From: Lama guanicoe
Lineage: Eukaryota
Reading direction: 5' to 3'
Assembly (NCBI GenBank): GCA_013239625.1
Contig: MU054323.1
Coordinates: 3,832,161-3,894,160, forward strand
Length of the DNA stretch: 62,000 nt
The translations under genes were made by a program, and so were the position numbers. The notes under the pieces were generated by a model. The model did no database searches. It was not told where the DNA came from and saw only the letters and a program-made list of their open reading frames with translations. Below are positions 24,684 through 37,265 of this stretch, in pieces; the stretch's first letter is position 1, and every line of letters begins with the position of its first letter.

Positions 24684-26244
24684 GCTTCAGTGTTCTAAAG
24701 GACGTTTCTTTGTTGCTTTGTTCAACTATTTCCTGATGTCAGTTTTTCTTTTTTTCATTACTGGACTAAGTATATAAACCCAGCTTTACATAATTAATTC
24801 ATTTGTTCATTCAACCAAGTTTCCTCCTCATTAAATTGAGTAATGGTAATAAGAAATGACAGTTTGGAAGTTAAAATGAGACAATGTTGGAGCAAATGGT
24901 TGATCAGCCATGTCTTATTTAACTAATTAGCAGCATAATTAGCACATTTGCAAAATCATTAATGGACGCAGTGTAGTGTGCTTAATTCCAGCATAGAGTT
25001 TGGAGTCAGAAAATGTAGTCTGGTCTCTGCCCACACGTGTGGGCTCTGGCAGCTCAACACTCCAAAGCCTTAAATCCAAATTGGTTTAATGCACACCTAC
25101 ACAGGTATTGTTACTTTATTTTTCCACTTTATGGAGCTAGAAGCACCTAGTGAAATTTTTCCACTAGGAAGCTTTCTGTACAATAGCGTGTCTCAGTCTC
25201 AATGTAAGTGCATCAAACACAGGTGAGGCTAATTTGTGTGAGTACGAGACAGGTATGAAAAAGTACAACAGGTACGAAAAAGAGGCAAGAAATCTCAAAA
25301 GGGATTAGTTTGATAAATCACATGTGAATGACTACACACATGTCTATTAGAAACATGAGAATAAGACAGAAATACCTTTATCAAGTGACTGAAGGAGAAA
25401 AACAGAAAAATACAAAACTGCACAGACGCCATAGAAAATACTCCAGATGTTAAACATTAAAAAAAAATAGTAGGTGAATGTATCATCTGGTACGTAGATA
25501 CCTGAGCAAGTTGGCTATATGCAAATCGACTTAGAAGGATTGGTTTTAGGGCGACTGACCTTAGTCAAATTGGTTTCTTAGCTGCCCTGCTCTGCCAATT
25601 CTGGGGTTAGATGGACAGTTTGGGGAGTGAAAAGGAAAAAATGTAGACAGATACAGGAGAAGTAAAATGAGATGTATTAAAGGCCAGGTTTCTGCCCAAA
25701 GGCTATATCCCTGTAGGCCTGGCACTTGATAGAGAGGAGATGCAGCTGAGACCGGGGAGTTCCCTTAGCGGAGACGCCCTCCCCAACCAGCCTCTCCACC
25801 TTGGTACTGACCAGCAGCTTGTCCTACTTTATTCTTCCTCACGGTGCTCATCCTGTTCTGAGTTACGAATGTATTTGTTTACTTATTGTTTGTCTTCTGC
25901 CTCCCTTCCCCCCAAGCAACACACACACAAACATAAGCTCTGTAGTCATTACCGCCTTCTCTAGGGCTTGTCTTTTTGCCCCTTCAGAACTCTTAGGTGC
26001 TGAGTATTATTTATTTATTTGGCATTAGATGCTGGGCCACTTACACCCTGACCCCTGATCCTCACAAAAGCTCTGCCAGGCAGGGATCACATCACATCTT
26101 CAAAAACTCACAGATTTAGTAGGGTGGGGTAAACACAATAAATCTTTTTTTCCCCCCACGTGAAGAATCTGATGTTCAGAGAGGTTCAGAAACACACCTA
26201 AGGTCACACAGCTAATAATGAGCCTCACTGGTATTTAAAACAAA

Positions 26245-26488
26245 GTTGTTTAACAAAAATCTTTCTAAAATGCTGTCATACTCCAAAGGAGCAATGAGCT
26301 TCAGTCAAAGAAAGCCTGACTTTCTTTCTGTTCTAAAATGTCCTTCAACTTCCAGCAGCATCCCTTATGAACTTTAGGTCTGTTCCATGCTTGGGTGCAG
26401 AATAAGAGCCCTGGAAGCCCATGGAAGGTCACCTGGTTACCAGGGTGGAAGACAACTGCCCATGGCCTCCAGCTCTCGGCTCCAGAAC
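26245..26488 (-). pseudogene. Exon remnant, end of first RGS-like domain
   Basis: Acceptor attatctctaatAG. DILEQKESQAFFD*SS aligns without gaps to RGSL1 EILSHMQKVALFKLQS. The 3' boundary is approximate. Confidence 0.6.
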
Positions 26489-26519
26489 CTATTAGAGATA
26501 ATGCTAGATATTTCAATAG

Positions 26520-26800
26520 AAAGATAATGTGAGTCATAATTAATTAAGAATATTCTACTAGCCACATTTATAAAAAGGCGAAAGAAATAGGTAAAATTAT
26601 TTTAATCACATTTTATTTAACCCAATTATCCAAACTATTATCATTTCAACAAGCAATCAGTATAAAAATTAGTTATGCTTTATTTTCTATAACTCTAATA
26701 TTAACTTAAAATAAATTACAATTTAAAATTCATTTCCTTTGTTGCTCCAGCCACATTTCAAAAGCCTGGTAGAGATGGTAACGGAGCACACAGTGCTAGA
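26520..26800. mobile_element. MER33/MER3-like hAT element
   Basis: ctagccacatt...ttttatttaacccaattatccaa...agccacatttcaa. Confidence 0.65.
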
Positions 26801-27014
26801 AAAACATTCGGTGCTTGTGGCAGTTAGGAGGAACTCCTTTGTGAGGCTCCATGTGTAATATCTCATTAAGGATTTTGGAGCCTCTCAGGCAGGGCAGGTC
26901 ACATGCTTACATAGTGGCTCAGTGTCCTAGAAAACACAGCAGAAGCTAAATGCTTTTCATGACTTAGCTCTGAAAGTCACATTGGGTCACTTCTGCTGTG
27001 TCCTATTGTTGTCC

Positions 27015-27168
27015 ATAAACAAAGTTTTACTGGTACATAGCCATGCTCATTTGTTCGCATATTGCCTGTAGCTGCTTCTGTACTACAATGGCAAGAGTTG
27101 AGTAGTTGCGATGAAAAACCTAAAATACTTACTATCTGGCCCTCCACAGGAAAAGTTTGCTGACCCTG
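27015..27168. mobile_element. MER58A fragment
   Basis: aaagttttactggtacatagccatgctcatttgttc...actatctggccctccacaggaaaagtttgctgaccctg. Confidence 0.85.
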
Positions 27169-27174
27169 GCTGTA

Positions 27175-27314
27175 GAATACCAAAATTTTAGATAGCATAG
27201 TGTGGACTCCCAGTTTTTAAACAGCAGAGTAAAGTTAAAATGATGGTACCTTCTTGTCTTAGAAATACCCTCAAAGCAACAAAGAGAACAGAAATCAGAC
27301 ACAAAAAACTCCAT
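27175..27314 (-). pseudogene. Exon remnant abutting MER58A
   Basis: Acceptor of a T-tract followed by gttaaAG. Reads EFFVSDFCSL...RRYHHFNFTLLFKNWEST, versus RGSL1 EELVDFWIL...RDYYLSLLLMLRAT. Weaker match. Confidence 0.4.
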
Positions 27315-27735
27315 CTTTAACAAAAAAAGGAACATCTATAGCCTTGAACTACAATCTATGAGGAAATGCAGTGGAGTTGACAGGGCCACATAAGAAACCA
27401 AGAGACAGTGCTTGTGTCTTGGACATCACAGAGAAAGCTGACAGAACACAGTTCACCAAAGTGGATGGCCTATCCTGAGGGGCGAAATCAACAATTCCTT
27501 GCTTGAAACAATGGGACTATCATAAGCAGAGGGTTGGCAGGAGTGCTCTTGAATTTGATTTGACACTAAGGATAGTCAGGAATGACAGGGCTATATCACA
27601 TGGACCTTGCCATATTGTAAGAGGGATGGAGGAGAGAGCTTCTGTATTGAGAGGAGCACCCCCTAACCTCTATTGACTGGGAAAAAGTAGAAGCTAAAAA
27701 CTTACTTGCACCCGCAACTCTTTATTCCTTTGGAG

Positions 27736-28195
27736 GTGTGTTAGTTTCCTAATGCTGTTATAACAAATTTCCACCATCTTGGTGACTTACAGCAACAGAA
27801 ATTTATTCTATTACAGTTCTGGAGGCCAAAATTTCAAAGCAAGGTGTTGTCAGGGCCATGGTCCCTCCGAAGTCTCCAGAGGAGAATCCTCCTTTGCCTC
27901 TTTCAGCTTCTGGTGGTCCTGACATTCCTTGGCTTGCCATAATTCTAGTTTCTGCCTCCGTCTCCACATGACTTTCTTCCCTGTGTCTCCAAGTCTGTAT
28001 GTTCCAAATGTCCCTCTCCTTTCTTTAGTAAGGATACCAGTTATTAGACTTAGGGTCCTAATTACAGGCTGATCTCATATCAATATCCTTAATTAGATCT
28101 ACAAAGACCCTATTTCCAAATTCATAGTACTTGGGGTTAGAACTTGACATGCCTTTGGTGATGGTTGGAGGGGGACACAGTTCAATACATTCCAG
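27736..28195 (-). mobile_element. MLT1 LTR
   Basis: tgtgttagtttcctaatgctgttataacaaatt...ggggacacagttcaa. Confidence 0.8.
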
Positions 28196-28304
28196 AGGGT
28201 GTGGTGGCTTTGAAACATGGCTCCAAATTCTTTGACACTTTTTCCATCAAGGGGGATGGTCTACGGCTTCTACCTATGAATCTGGGTGACTTACCTACTA
28301 AGCA

Positions 28305-29195
28305 ATAATTACTGATTCCTCCTTCCAGTCCCTGGTAAACTTTAATCTACTTTCTGTGTCTGTATTTGCCTATTCTTGATATTTCATATAAGTGTAGTCA
28401 TGCACTTTTGCTTTTGTGTCTAATTTTATTTAGCATGTTTTCAAGGTTCATCCACATTGTAGGATGTATCAGAACTTCATTATTTTTCATTGCTGAACAA
28501 TATTATGCTGAATGTATATATAACATTTTATCTATCCATTCATTTATTGAAGGACATGGGCTATTTCCACCTTTTGGCTATTGTGAATAATGATGAACAT
28601 TGGCACACAAATATCTATTTGAGTCCCTGTTTTCAATTATTTTGGGCATATACCTTAGAGTGGAATTGCTGGGTCAATATGGTAATTCTGTGTTTAGTCT
28701 TTTTTAGGAACCACCGAACTGTTTTCCAGAGTGGCTGCACCATTTTACATTTCCACCAACAATGCACAAGGGTTCCCGTTTCTCCACATCCTCACCAGCA
28801 TGCTTTTGTTTGTTTGTTTTGTTTTGTTTTGTTTTAATTATAGTGATCTTAATAGGTATGAGGTGGTATCTCATGATTTTCGTTTTCATTTCCTTAATAA
28901 CTAGTGATGTTAAGCGTCTTTTCATAAGCTCTTTGGCCATTTGTATATCTTCTTTGGAGAAATGTCTATTTAAGTCCTATGCCCTTTTTAAAATTAGGTT
29001 GTTTGTCTTTTTGTTGTTGAATTGTAAGTGTTATTTATATATTTGAGTATAAAGCCCTTATCAGATACTTGATTTGCAAATATTTTCTCCCATTCTGTGG
29101 GTTGCCTTTTCATTCTGATTATAGTGTGCTTTGATGCACGGAAGTTTTTAATTTTAATGAAGTCCAATTAATCCATTTTTTCTTTTGTTGCTTGT
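28305..29195 (-). mobile_element. L1 3' fragment (L1MA/MB)
   Basis: ORF2 C-terminal ORF 28704-28940 ([29 protein letters not shown]). Confidence 0.9.
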
Positions 29196-29386
29196 GTGAA
29201 CGTTGCTTTTGATGTTTAGAGTGACTATTTATTGATGTTAGGTAAGCAGCGTGGGTTTTGCTGAACATTTGAATCTTTGATCATGACTTAACTAGACTAG
29301 AAAAACTTGTTTATGAGCTATTTATGGACCCACAGTACAGACATTCACTTTGGATAGCAGAGGAGTCTAGACAGACCAAATGTCAC

Positions 29387-29558
29387 CTTTGTCTCATCAA
29401 GGAATGCTCTTTGGGACCAAGATTCTTTCACTGAGTCCCGAATGACTTCTATTTATCTAACTGGCTGACCCAATTTGGGGGGAAAATTATCTCCAGCCTG
29501 TTTTAAATCCTCTTTGAGATTCCCTCTTATCCTCAACTTTTTACCTTCTCAGAGATAC
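29387..29558 (-). pseudogene. Exon remnant, start of first RGS-like domain
   Basis: Acceptor tttattctctatgtactcAG and donor aag|GTGACA. Ends in VIRDSVKESWSQRAFLDETK, comparable to RGS22 IGNRKEFERFKKFIKGTLG. Confidence 0.55.
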
Positions 29559-29739
29559 CTGAGTACATAGAGAATAAACAATGGCTAGTTTCTATTTTAG
29601 TGTTCACCAATTAAATTTAATCTTCTAAGTATCTTATCGATTTAAATTAAAGCTAAATTTTCTATATCATCAAGAGGACATCATCTGAGTTGTGTAACTA
29701 GTGATGTCTTTTCAGCTCAATTGTCCTCTTTATTCTAAT

Positions 29740-29850
29740 GCCTGTAAGATGCATAATATTATTAATTTTATGGTTGATTTTTCTTCCTAAAGATAACCGT
29801 TGAGTTTCTGTTATTTTTCTGAAGTGGATAATAAGTTTGGGCAATAAGGA
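29740..29850 (-). pseudogene. Exon remnant
   Basis: ETQRLSLGRKINHKINNIM aligns without gaps to RGSL1 EKCRLPFFCKTNLCFHYIL. Boundaries are approximate. Confidence 0.55.
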
Positions 29851-29997
29851 ATGGTAGTTGTGTGCATGTGTGTGCATGTTTGTGTGTGTGTGCATTCAGA
29901 TAAAAGCATTTTGACTCTGTGGATGCAGGTGGATTCTCCAAGTCCTCTTGATGATATAGTCAAGTCTAGGAAGCAAAAACACACTTGCAAAGTATAC

Positions 29998-30072
29998 CCA
30001 AGAACCTATGGAAAGATTTTGGGGGCCAATTCCAGATACTCTTTCTTTCAGAGTAGATTTAATTTGTGGAAA
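29998..30072 (-). pseudogene. Exon remnant
   Basis: Acceptor attgccAG. Reads FPQ... / KKEYLELAPKIFP*VL, versus RGSL1 FGQTPFYTVENSQWSLWPEIPCNL. Confidence 0.55.
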
Positions 30073-30191
30073 CTGGCAATATAATGACAATCGATATAGA
30101 AGTTTGAAGACAAATTAGACACGAGTCTCATTATTTCACTACACTCATATTCTCATACAAGTGATATCCACGTGGAAGAAGTGGTCTGCAA

Positions 30192-30270
30192 GAGCAGACT
30201 TGGAAAATATTTAAATAAGCCATTAGTCCTGCCAACTCAACACTAGGGCATCTTGACCGCACATTTGGAA
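30192..30270 (-). pseudogene. Exon remnant, N-terminal motif
   Basis: Strong acceptor tttatgtcttgtttcttgtAG. Reads LVLSWQD* / LMAYLNIF / SL(L), versus RGSL1 LIILLEDEVFADFFNTFLSLP and RGS22 LVDYFNEFLSLP. Confidence 0.65.
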
Positions 30271-30657
30271 CTACAAGAAACAAGACATAAACCCCTGAAC
30301 TCTGGGAATGATTACATCTGGCATGAGAGGAGGCAGGGCAGGGCCCTTCAAGGCAGCCACAGCTGGTCCTCAGGGTGTGTTTCCTGCCTCTCTGGGAGGG
30401 TAAATGGAGCCAAGGAGCCTTCATAGACACTTAGCAACAGGAAGGGAAGGTCAAGATCACAAGAAAGGGTACCAGGTAATGAGATAAAGTGGGCACAAGA
30501 GTAAAATGCTGCCAAGGACAGCTTTGTGCAAGGTGGAGTCTGAAGAGGCAGAAGGAAGGAGGAGGGATAGAGCTTTTATTCCGAGAGCCACCCAGCTAAG
30601 AATGAACCTGGGTGTGACTAACTGGAGCTGGGGATCTAGACATTCTCATCTATAAAT

Positions 30658-30812
30658 CCATGATTCTCCAAATTTACTGTGTTTCAGGATAACCTGGGGG
30701 ATCTAGTTAAAATGCAGATTCTGATGAAGCTGGTCTAGGGTGGGACTGAGGTTCCACATTTCTAACAGACTCCAGGTGATGTGATGCTGCTGGATCCTCT
30801 TTGAGCAGCAAG
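30658..30812. mobile_element. MER5A
   Basis: ttaaaatgcagattctg...ggtctagggtggg...tttctaacagactccaggtgatg. Confidence 0.75.
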
Positions 30813-31148
30813 ACTATAAATTGAAGATAAGGTAGAAAAAGAATGAAGAAGGAAATAAAGGAGGAATGGATGGTCTCAAACCCCAGTACTTCCCCTGTAA
30901 ATCATGCCATGGGACCACCTCCAGAGGAGGTCCTTTGGATTCTTGGGCAACTGAATTTCCTTAGGAGGGCCCATGACAGAATGCCCTCTTGTGACAACTG
31001 TAGCCTTTTACTGTTCTTGAATCTGTGTGACAAAGGCTGACACAGAATGTTGGAGTAGTGAAATCCTTGAAGCAGAGACATTGGTGTTCCAAGGAAAGGG
31101 CTGGAATAGAAGAAGCCACGTGAAATCTAAGTGTTTAAGTGAGCATAC

Positions 31149-31157
31149 CTAAGACAT
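31149..31157 (-). pseudogene. Candidate first coding mini-exon remnant (ATG TCT TAG|gtatgc)
   Basis: aaggATGtcttag|GTATGC has A at -3 and a good donor, ~0.9 kb upstream of the next exon remnant. RGSL1 starts MSS. Very short, so speculative. Confidence 0.25.
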
Positions 31158-32042
31158 CCTTGGAAATGCTTGGGGAGAAACCTGGTAAGAGTTAGAGAAA
31201 TATGTGACCATCTGAGGAACCACGTGTGTGCAGCTCAGAAGAGCCAGCCTGCTCTGACAACCCACAGAGAAGAGAGTGTAGCATCATCTACCTTTTTCTC
31301 CCTTCCCTCCTCCCACCCCAACACTGGAGGAACTAGAAGACGGTGGCTGCGAGAGTATTTGAAAGCCAGACTCTACCCTCTTTCCATTTTCACTTCCTCT
31401 AAAACATGCTTTAGTATCTTTTTTACTATGAATTTATGTTTATAACTTTTGCCATTTTTGTCAATTGTATTTATATTTTCTTCTTATTCTTATATCTTTA
31501 ATATAATTAGGCCTTTCTTGTATGTATGTGTTTAAAGTTTTAGAGACCTATGGCCTTCAAAAATGCAGATGCTACTTCTACCTTTGGGCATCAGTTCTGC
31601 AGAGCACTGGTGTCTTGTTTGTGGGTCACCATGAATATTACTGCATAATAAACACCCCAAACTGAGTGGTGGTTGAGAACAAGTGGAGGTTAAATGAGTA
31701 TCACCAACAAGTGGTGAACTAAAGATCTCATGAATATTTCGTGTCTCATGAAAATCTGATGTATCGTATGCCCCATGAATATTTTGTGTCTATTGGGGCC
31801 TTCTATCCATTCCAATATATCTTTGGCACAGGAATGCTTTACTTCTTTTTTGTTTAGTGTATCTCACATGATACCTAATTTGTACCTAGTGTCACCTGTA
31901 TTATTTATTTATTTCTGTAATTTTTTAATTGTAGAGTTGAATGGTCTTTTTTAAAAATCACAAACATTCATTACTTTCCCCAAGGCAGTTTGCAAAACAT
32001 TTGGGAGGCAATTTAAGAAGCACACTAGGTAGAATTAAAAGG

Positions 32043-32122
32043 CTTTTTTAAATTGAAGTATAGTTGATTTATAATGTTGTGTTAGTGTCTAGTGTACAGC
32101 AAAGTGATTCAGTTACATGTAT

Positions 32123-32154
<32 letters not shown>

Positions 32155-33155
32155 TCTTTTTCAGATTCTTTGCTATTGTAGGTTATTATAAGTTATTGAA
32201 TATAGTTCCCTGTGCTATATATTAGGACCTTGTTGTGTATCTATTTTATGTATAGTAGGGTTAATCCCAAGCTCCTAATTCATCCGTCCCCTCTTTCCCC
32301 TTTGGTAACCATAAGTTTATTTTCTGTCAGTGAGTCTATTTCTGTTTTGTAAATAAGTTCATTTTTTATCATTTTTTAGATTCCACATATAAAATAATAT
32401 CATATGATATTTCTCATTCTCTGCCTGACTTACTTCCCTTAGTATGGTAATCCCTAGGTCTATCCATGTTGCTGCAGATGGCAATAGTTCATTCTTTTTA
32501 TGGCTGAGTAGTATTCCATTGTGTATATACACCACGTCTTTATCCATTCATCTATTGATGGGCACTTAAATCGCTTTCATGTCTTGGCTATTGTAAATAG
32601 TGCTGCTCTCATGTATCTTTTCAAATTAGAGTTTTTGCCTTTTCTGGGTATATGCTCAGGAGTGCAGTTGCTGGATCATATGGTAACTCTAATTTTAGTT
32701 TTTTAAAGAACTTCTATACTATTCTCCATAGTAGCTATACCAATTTGCATTCCCACTAACAGTGAGGGAGGGTTCCCTTTTCTCCAGACCTTCTCCAGCA
32801 TTTACTATTTGTAGACTTTTTGATGATGGCCATTCTGACTGGTGTGAGGTGATACCTCACTCTAGCTTCCATTAGCATTTCTCTAATAATTAGTGAAGTT
32901 GAGCGTCTTTTCATGTGCCTGTTGTCCATCTGTATGTCTTTTTTGGAGAAATGTCTGTTTAGGTCTTCTGCCCATTTTTTGATTGGGTTGTTTATTTGTT
33001 TTTTAATATTGAGCTGTATGAGCTGTTTGTATATTTTGGAAATTAAGCCTTTGTCTGTTGCATTGTCTGCAAATATTTTCTCCCATTCTGTAGGTTGTCT
33101 TTTCATTTTGTTTATGGTTTCCTTTCCTGTGCAGAAGCTTGTAAGTTTGACTGGG
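32043..33155 (-). mobile_element. Young 5'-truncated L1 (artiodactyl-type 3' UTR) with (CA)n
   Basis: ORF 32756-33106 is L1 ORF2 ([25 protein letters not shown]). 3' UTR ttgaagtatagttgattt... Confidence 0.95.
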
Positions 33156-35299
33156 TCAAAAAGCTTCTTTCTTAACCTGAAGTCGCTCTCTCATTCTTGA
33201 CCAGTTCTCTTCTTTTGAGCCCCAGAGAGTATGGCAGGGAAACCAGCAACATTCTTTTCCATCAAGACCCAATGAACCCCACATATCGAACTGCCTGGAG
33301 AGTTTGCATTTTCTGACAGCAAGATGGAAGCTCCTTGGAGTCCATTCAGAGGCCATTCTGGCCTAAGCCTCACTGGAAAGTATGATTGTTCAGAAATTGT
33401 AGCACAGTTGTTAATGGCGCCAGATCACCAGATTCTTATCACACACACCTGCACTCTAGAGGTGGTGGAGGGGTGGTTGGTGGCACCCCTACTCAGTTTT
33501 GTGTTAATTCTGTACAAAGCAAAAACTGTAATTGAGGTCAGAATTGGAAACATAAACAAATCCCGTCTTCCAACATTTGTGACATTCCGGATAATTAATG
33601 GACAAAAGTGAAAACTTACATTGCTCTCATAAAATGAAGATAGTTATTAGAATAAACTTTACTCCCCCCATTTAATAGGAATCATTAGGCTTTTATTTTA
33701 TATGGAAAAGGGGGATCAAAGGCATTAAAGACCCATTATTTAAAGTCAAAACAATGTTTTATTGGGTTTTCATGAATTAAAATAGATCAAGGTCCTTTCA
33801 AAGTTCAGAAACAAAAGTGAATAAATTTAGGAAGAGGATGTAGCACAGAAGAGGAGAAAGTATACTAGAAGTTCTATACTTATAATCATTCTTTGCCCCT
33901 CCTCCAACACTTACATTAGATAGAAAAACAGAGATGAGTCATTTTCATCAGTTAAGCATACTCTCTAATGTTCTATTAGCTAAATGGAAATCTTATTATA
34001 GTCCCTGGTGGAATAATTTAAGTTAGTATTCTTTATGTGGCTCTGCATATAAATATCTAACTTCAGAATTTTAACCAAGATCCAAATCAAACAAAATTAG
34101 TTAATTTCACCTTTCAGTAAGACATTGTTCAACTAACACACAGGTGTACTCTTTGGAAAGAAGCCAACTAGAAAATACTTGAAATTGACTGTAGAGAAAT
34201 TACCAGAATTTACTAAAGACCATGGGTTACAGTTTTAATTACTTAAAGAGCAATTTATTCACATAGCCAGGAGGGGTTTAATCTCAGCTGAAAATATTTG
34301 GGTATGTTCCATTTTAGTTTCACTTTATTCTAGAGTCTAAATCTTGTGTTTTTTTTCCTTCCCAAAGTGCCATATTGCTTTTTGGATCATGCCAATAAAT
34401 ACAAAGTTCTTATTAGTTGAAATATGGGCAAACAAGAAACACTCACTCACTGTCTAGATACTCTTGATCCACATGTCTAAAGTACTTAGGATGAATGATA
34501 CCCATGCCTCTTTGTTCTGCAAATAGAGCTGAAAATCTCCAAAGATTAGATTTTCTTGCAGAGCTTCCAATAATAATACTTGATTACACAAAGAATTGAT
34601 GTAATAATAGTTTCAGATAATAGTAATGCTTAGCACTTAAGCATTTGTCATCTTCAAAGTGTTTTAACTATTTAATCCTCATAAAACCCCTGTGAAGTGA
34701 AGAAGTCAGCAAGCAGTACATTATTCTCACTTCATAGTCTTGAACTCAAACCACTGAAGCGTGTTTGCTTCCTCCTTTATCACTTGGCTCCAGCTGGGCT
34801 GGATGAATTGTGAAAAATGTTTCCTTCACCGTTTCATTTTATCTCACATAAACCATGACCCTGGCAGAGAGCTGCTTTGTTTTTATTTCTATTTCTCTTT
34901 TTTCTCATTATAAACATTAGCTTGATTATCTTAATGTCACAAAAATATCTGATGAGTACCTTCTATAATACCAGTGAGACAACTGCAAGGCCTGTGCCTT
35001 CTAATTCGAGAGCCCCAGGTTTGGGAACCTTCTTATTCGTTGTTATGGAGGGTCTCTTTACTTTAAAGTTAGTCTAGGTAGAAGAGGAAGTTTGAAGATT
35101 TAAAAGTATGTAAACCTCATCCAGATTAAAATGTTTTGTATTTTAAATAAGATAGTGCAGATTTAAGAGGAAAATACATAAATACTTTTAATAACATTGA
35201 GTATTAGCTGGTTTTTAGCATCAGTTTGAAAAAAGGATAATAGAATTCAGTCATTGCATAAATGATGGCTAAATGCAATCAATGCATAAAGACTGCTCT

Positions 35300-35815
35300 T
35301 TTTTTATATTGTCTGTTTTTCCCCCCTTTTTACTGAAGTATAGTTCATTTAGAATGTTATGTTTGTTTCAGGTGTACAGCAAAGTGAACCAGTTATGTAT
35401 TTGTGTATATATATTTTCATATTCTTTTCCATTATAGGTAATTACAAGATATTGAATATAGTTCCCTGTGCTATACAGTAGGACCTTGTTGTTTATCTAT
35501 TTTATATATAGTTGTGTGTATATGTTAATCTCAAACTCCTAATTTATCCCTCCCCCGACCCCTTTTGGTAACCATAAGTTTGTTTTCTATGTCTGTGAGT
35601 CTGTTTCTGTTTTGTAAGTAAGTTCATTTGTGTTATTTTTTAGATTCTACATGTAAGTGATGCATATATTTCTCTTTCTCTGTCTGACTTAGTTCATTTA
35701 ACATGATAATCTCTAGATCCATCCATGTTGCTGCGAATGGCATTATTTCATTCTTTTTTATGGCTGAGTAATATTCCATTATAACATGTATTTTATCTAT
35801 CTGTCTGTCTATCTG

Positions 35816-35861
<46 letters not shown>

Positions 35862-36085
35862 ATCTATCTCACATCTTCATCCATTCATCTGTCAATGGAC
35901 ATTCAGTTTGCTTCCATGTCTTGGCTATTGTAAATAGTGCTGCTCTCAACATTGAGGTGCGTGTATCTTTTCGAATTGGAGTTTTCTTTAGATATATACC
36001 CTGCCACCCCCAGGAGTGGGATTGCTTGATCATATGGTAACTCTATTTTTAGTTTTTTAAGGGACCTCCATACGGTTCTCCATAG
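35300..36085 (-). mobile_element. L1 3' fragment containing (CTAT)n at ~35795-35868
   Basis: Same L1 3' UTR type as 32043-33155, with a tetranucleotide microsatellite. Confidence 0.9.
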
Positions 36086-37069
36086 TAAAGTCTGCTACTC
36101 TTGAGTCTGAGTTTAAAGCTCTGTCTGAGGTTTGGTTTAGAGAATTCCAAGGAATGGTTCCTCTGTGAGCCAGGATAGGATAGGTTTTAATGTGATAACA
36201 AATTAATTGTAGCATCCCAGTGGCTTAAAGCAGCAAAGGTTTATTCCTTGATTTACCTGTCCATTGTGAGTCAGCAAAGGGGTAGGGTGGGAGAAGGAGT
36301 TCTGCTCCTGGGATCCAGCTGATGGATGCTCCACATAAAGCTCATTAGGTATATAATATAGTATTTTGTATGTACACGATACACAGTACACGTGTATTGA
36401 CCTTATTTTACTTAGATTTGTTTCAGAAAGTTGAGTGCAAGGTAAATATGTGTATTTCCCATCTAATTTCCATGACTGTTTCAGAGGAGTAATCTACTGG
36501 GAAAACCATTTGTCCCAATAGAAAATACAAAAAATAGTAAAGAATTCATCCTAATGTCTGCATTGTGGGACACTTTGCCTCCATCACTGTGAGCCTAGTA
36601 AGTGAAGAGCTTATCACATGTTCTTTGCATGTTCAACCAAAACCTACATTGCAACACTGTACCACTGACTGGAGTTTAAATGAAAGTGATGCTGGTGCAT
36701 GAGGGTAATATTGCTGTGTCCCAATCATTCACCACAGTTAGTTGACAGACAGGCTGGGATTAATTAATAAATACTCTGATGAGGCATACCATTCTTGGAC
36801 TCAGAGTCGCATGTCAAAGGGTAGTGTGTTAAAACAATAACCTAAACATTATTTAATGGTGGTGGGGAGTAGCAGAACAGTGACATCTCTTTTCAAGTTA
36901 TTGTAAGGTTGGTCAAACCACTGTAAGGAAGCATATTTGAACATCCATAGATGTTAATTGAGTTTTGTCTGATTTTTGAGTTCACTCTAATTTTTAAAGT
37001 GTGTCTGACGTTTTGCTCCAGGAAACATAATGCAGTGCAAGAAACCCAAATAAATAAGTAGAATGACCA

Positions 37070-37265
37070 CATTTGTTAAGGATTTACTGTATGCCAGGTG
37101 GATTATGAGGTATTTATAACATTATCTTATATAGTATAAACACCACAACCATTATATGAGGTATTAGCTCTATTTTATTGATAAAGAAATTAAGATCCAG
37201 ACAGTTTAAATAAATTTCCCAAAGTCACAAGACTGTAAGTTGCAGAAATATGACATGAACCCACA
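37070..37265 (-). mobile_element. MIR
   Basis: tactgtatgccagg...tattttattgataaagaaattaag...cccaaagtcaca. Confidence 0.7.

Larger units (their letters stand above)
3829..31157 (-). pseudogene. Multi-exon unprocessed (unitary-type) pseudogene of an RGSL1/RGS22-like multi-RGS-domain gene
   Basis: About 17 minus-strand segments outside repeats, most with pyrimidine-tract AG acceptors and/or GT donors. Their translations match recalled RGSL1 motifs in colinear order from the N-terminal FNTFLSLP/VFGQ to the C-terminal ILRFTLLRGIEW. Many stops and frameshifts; AATAAA on the minus strand at 3829-3834. Confidence 0.75.

Noticed and set aside
32756..33106. 116-aa ORF, and similar ORFs at 6805, 15628, 28704 and 32359
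   Set aside because: These are fragments of L1 ORF2, not host genes.
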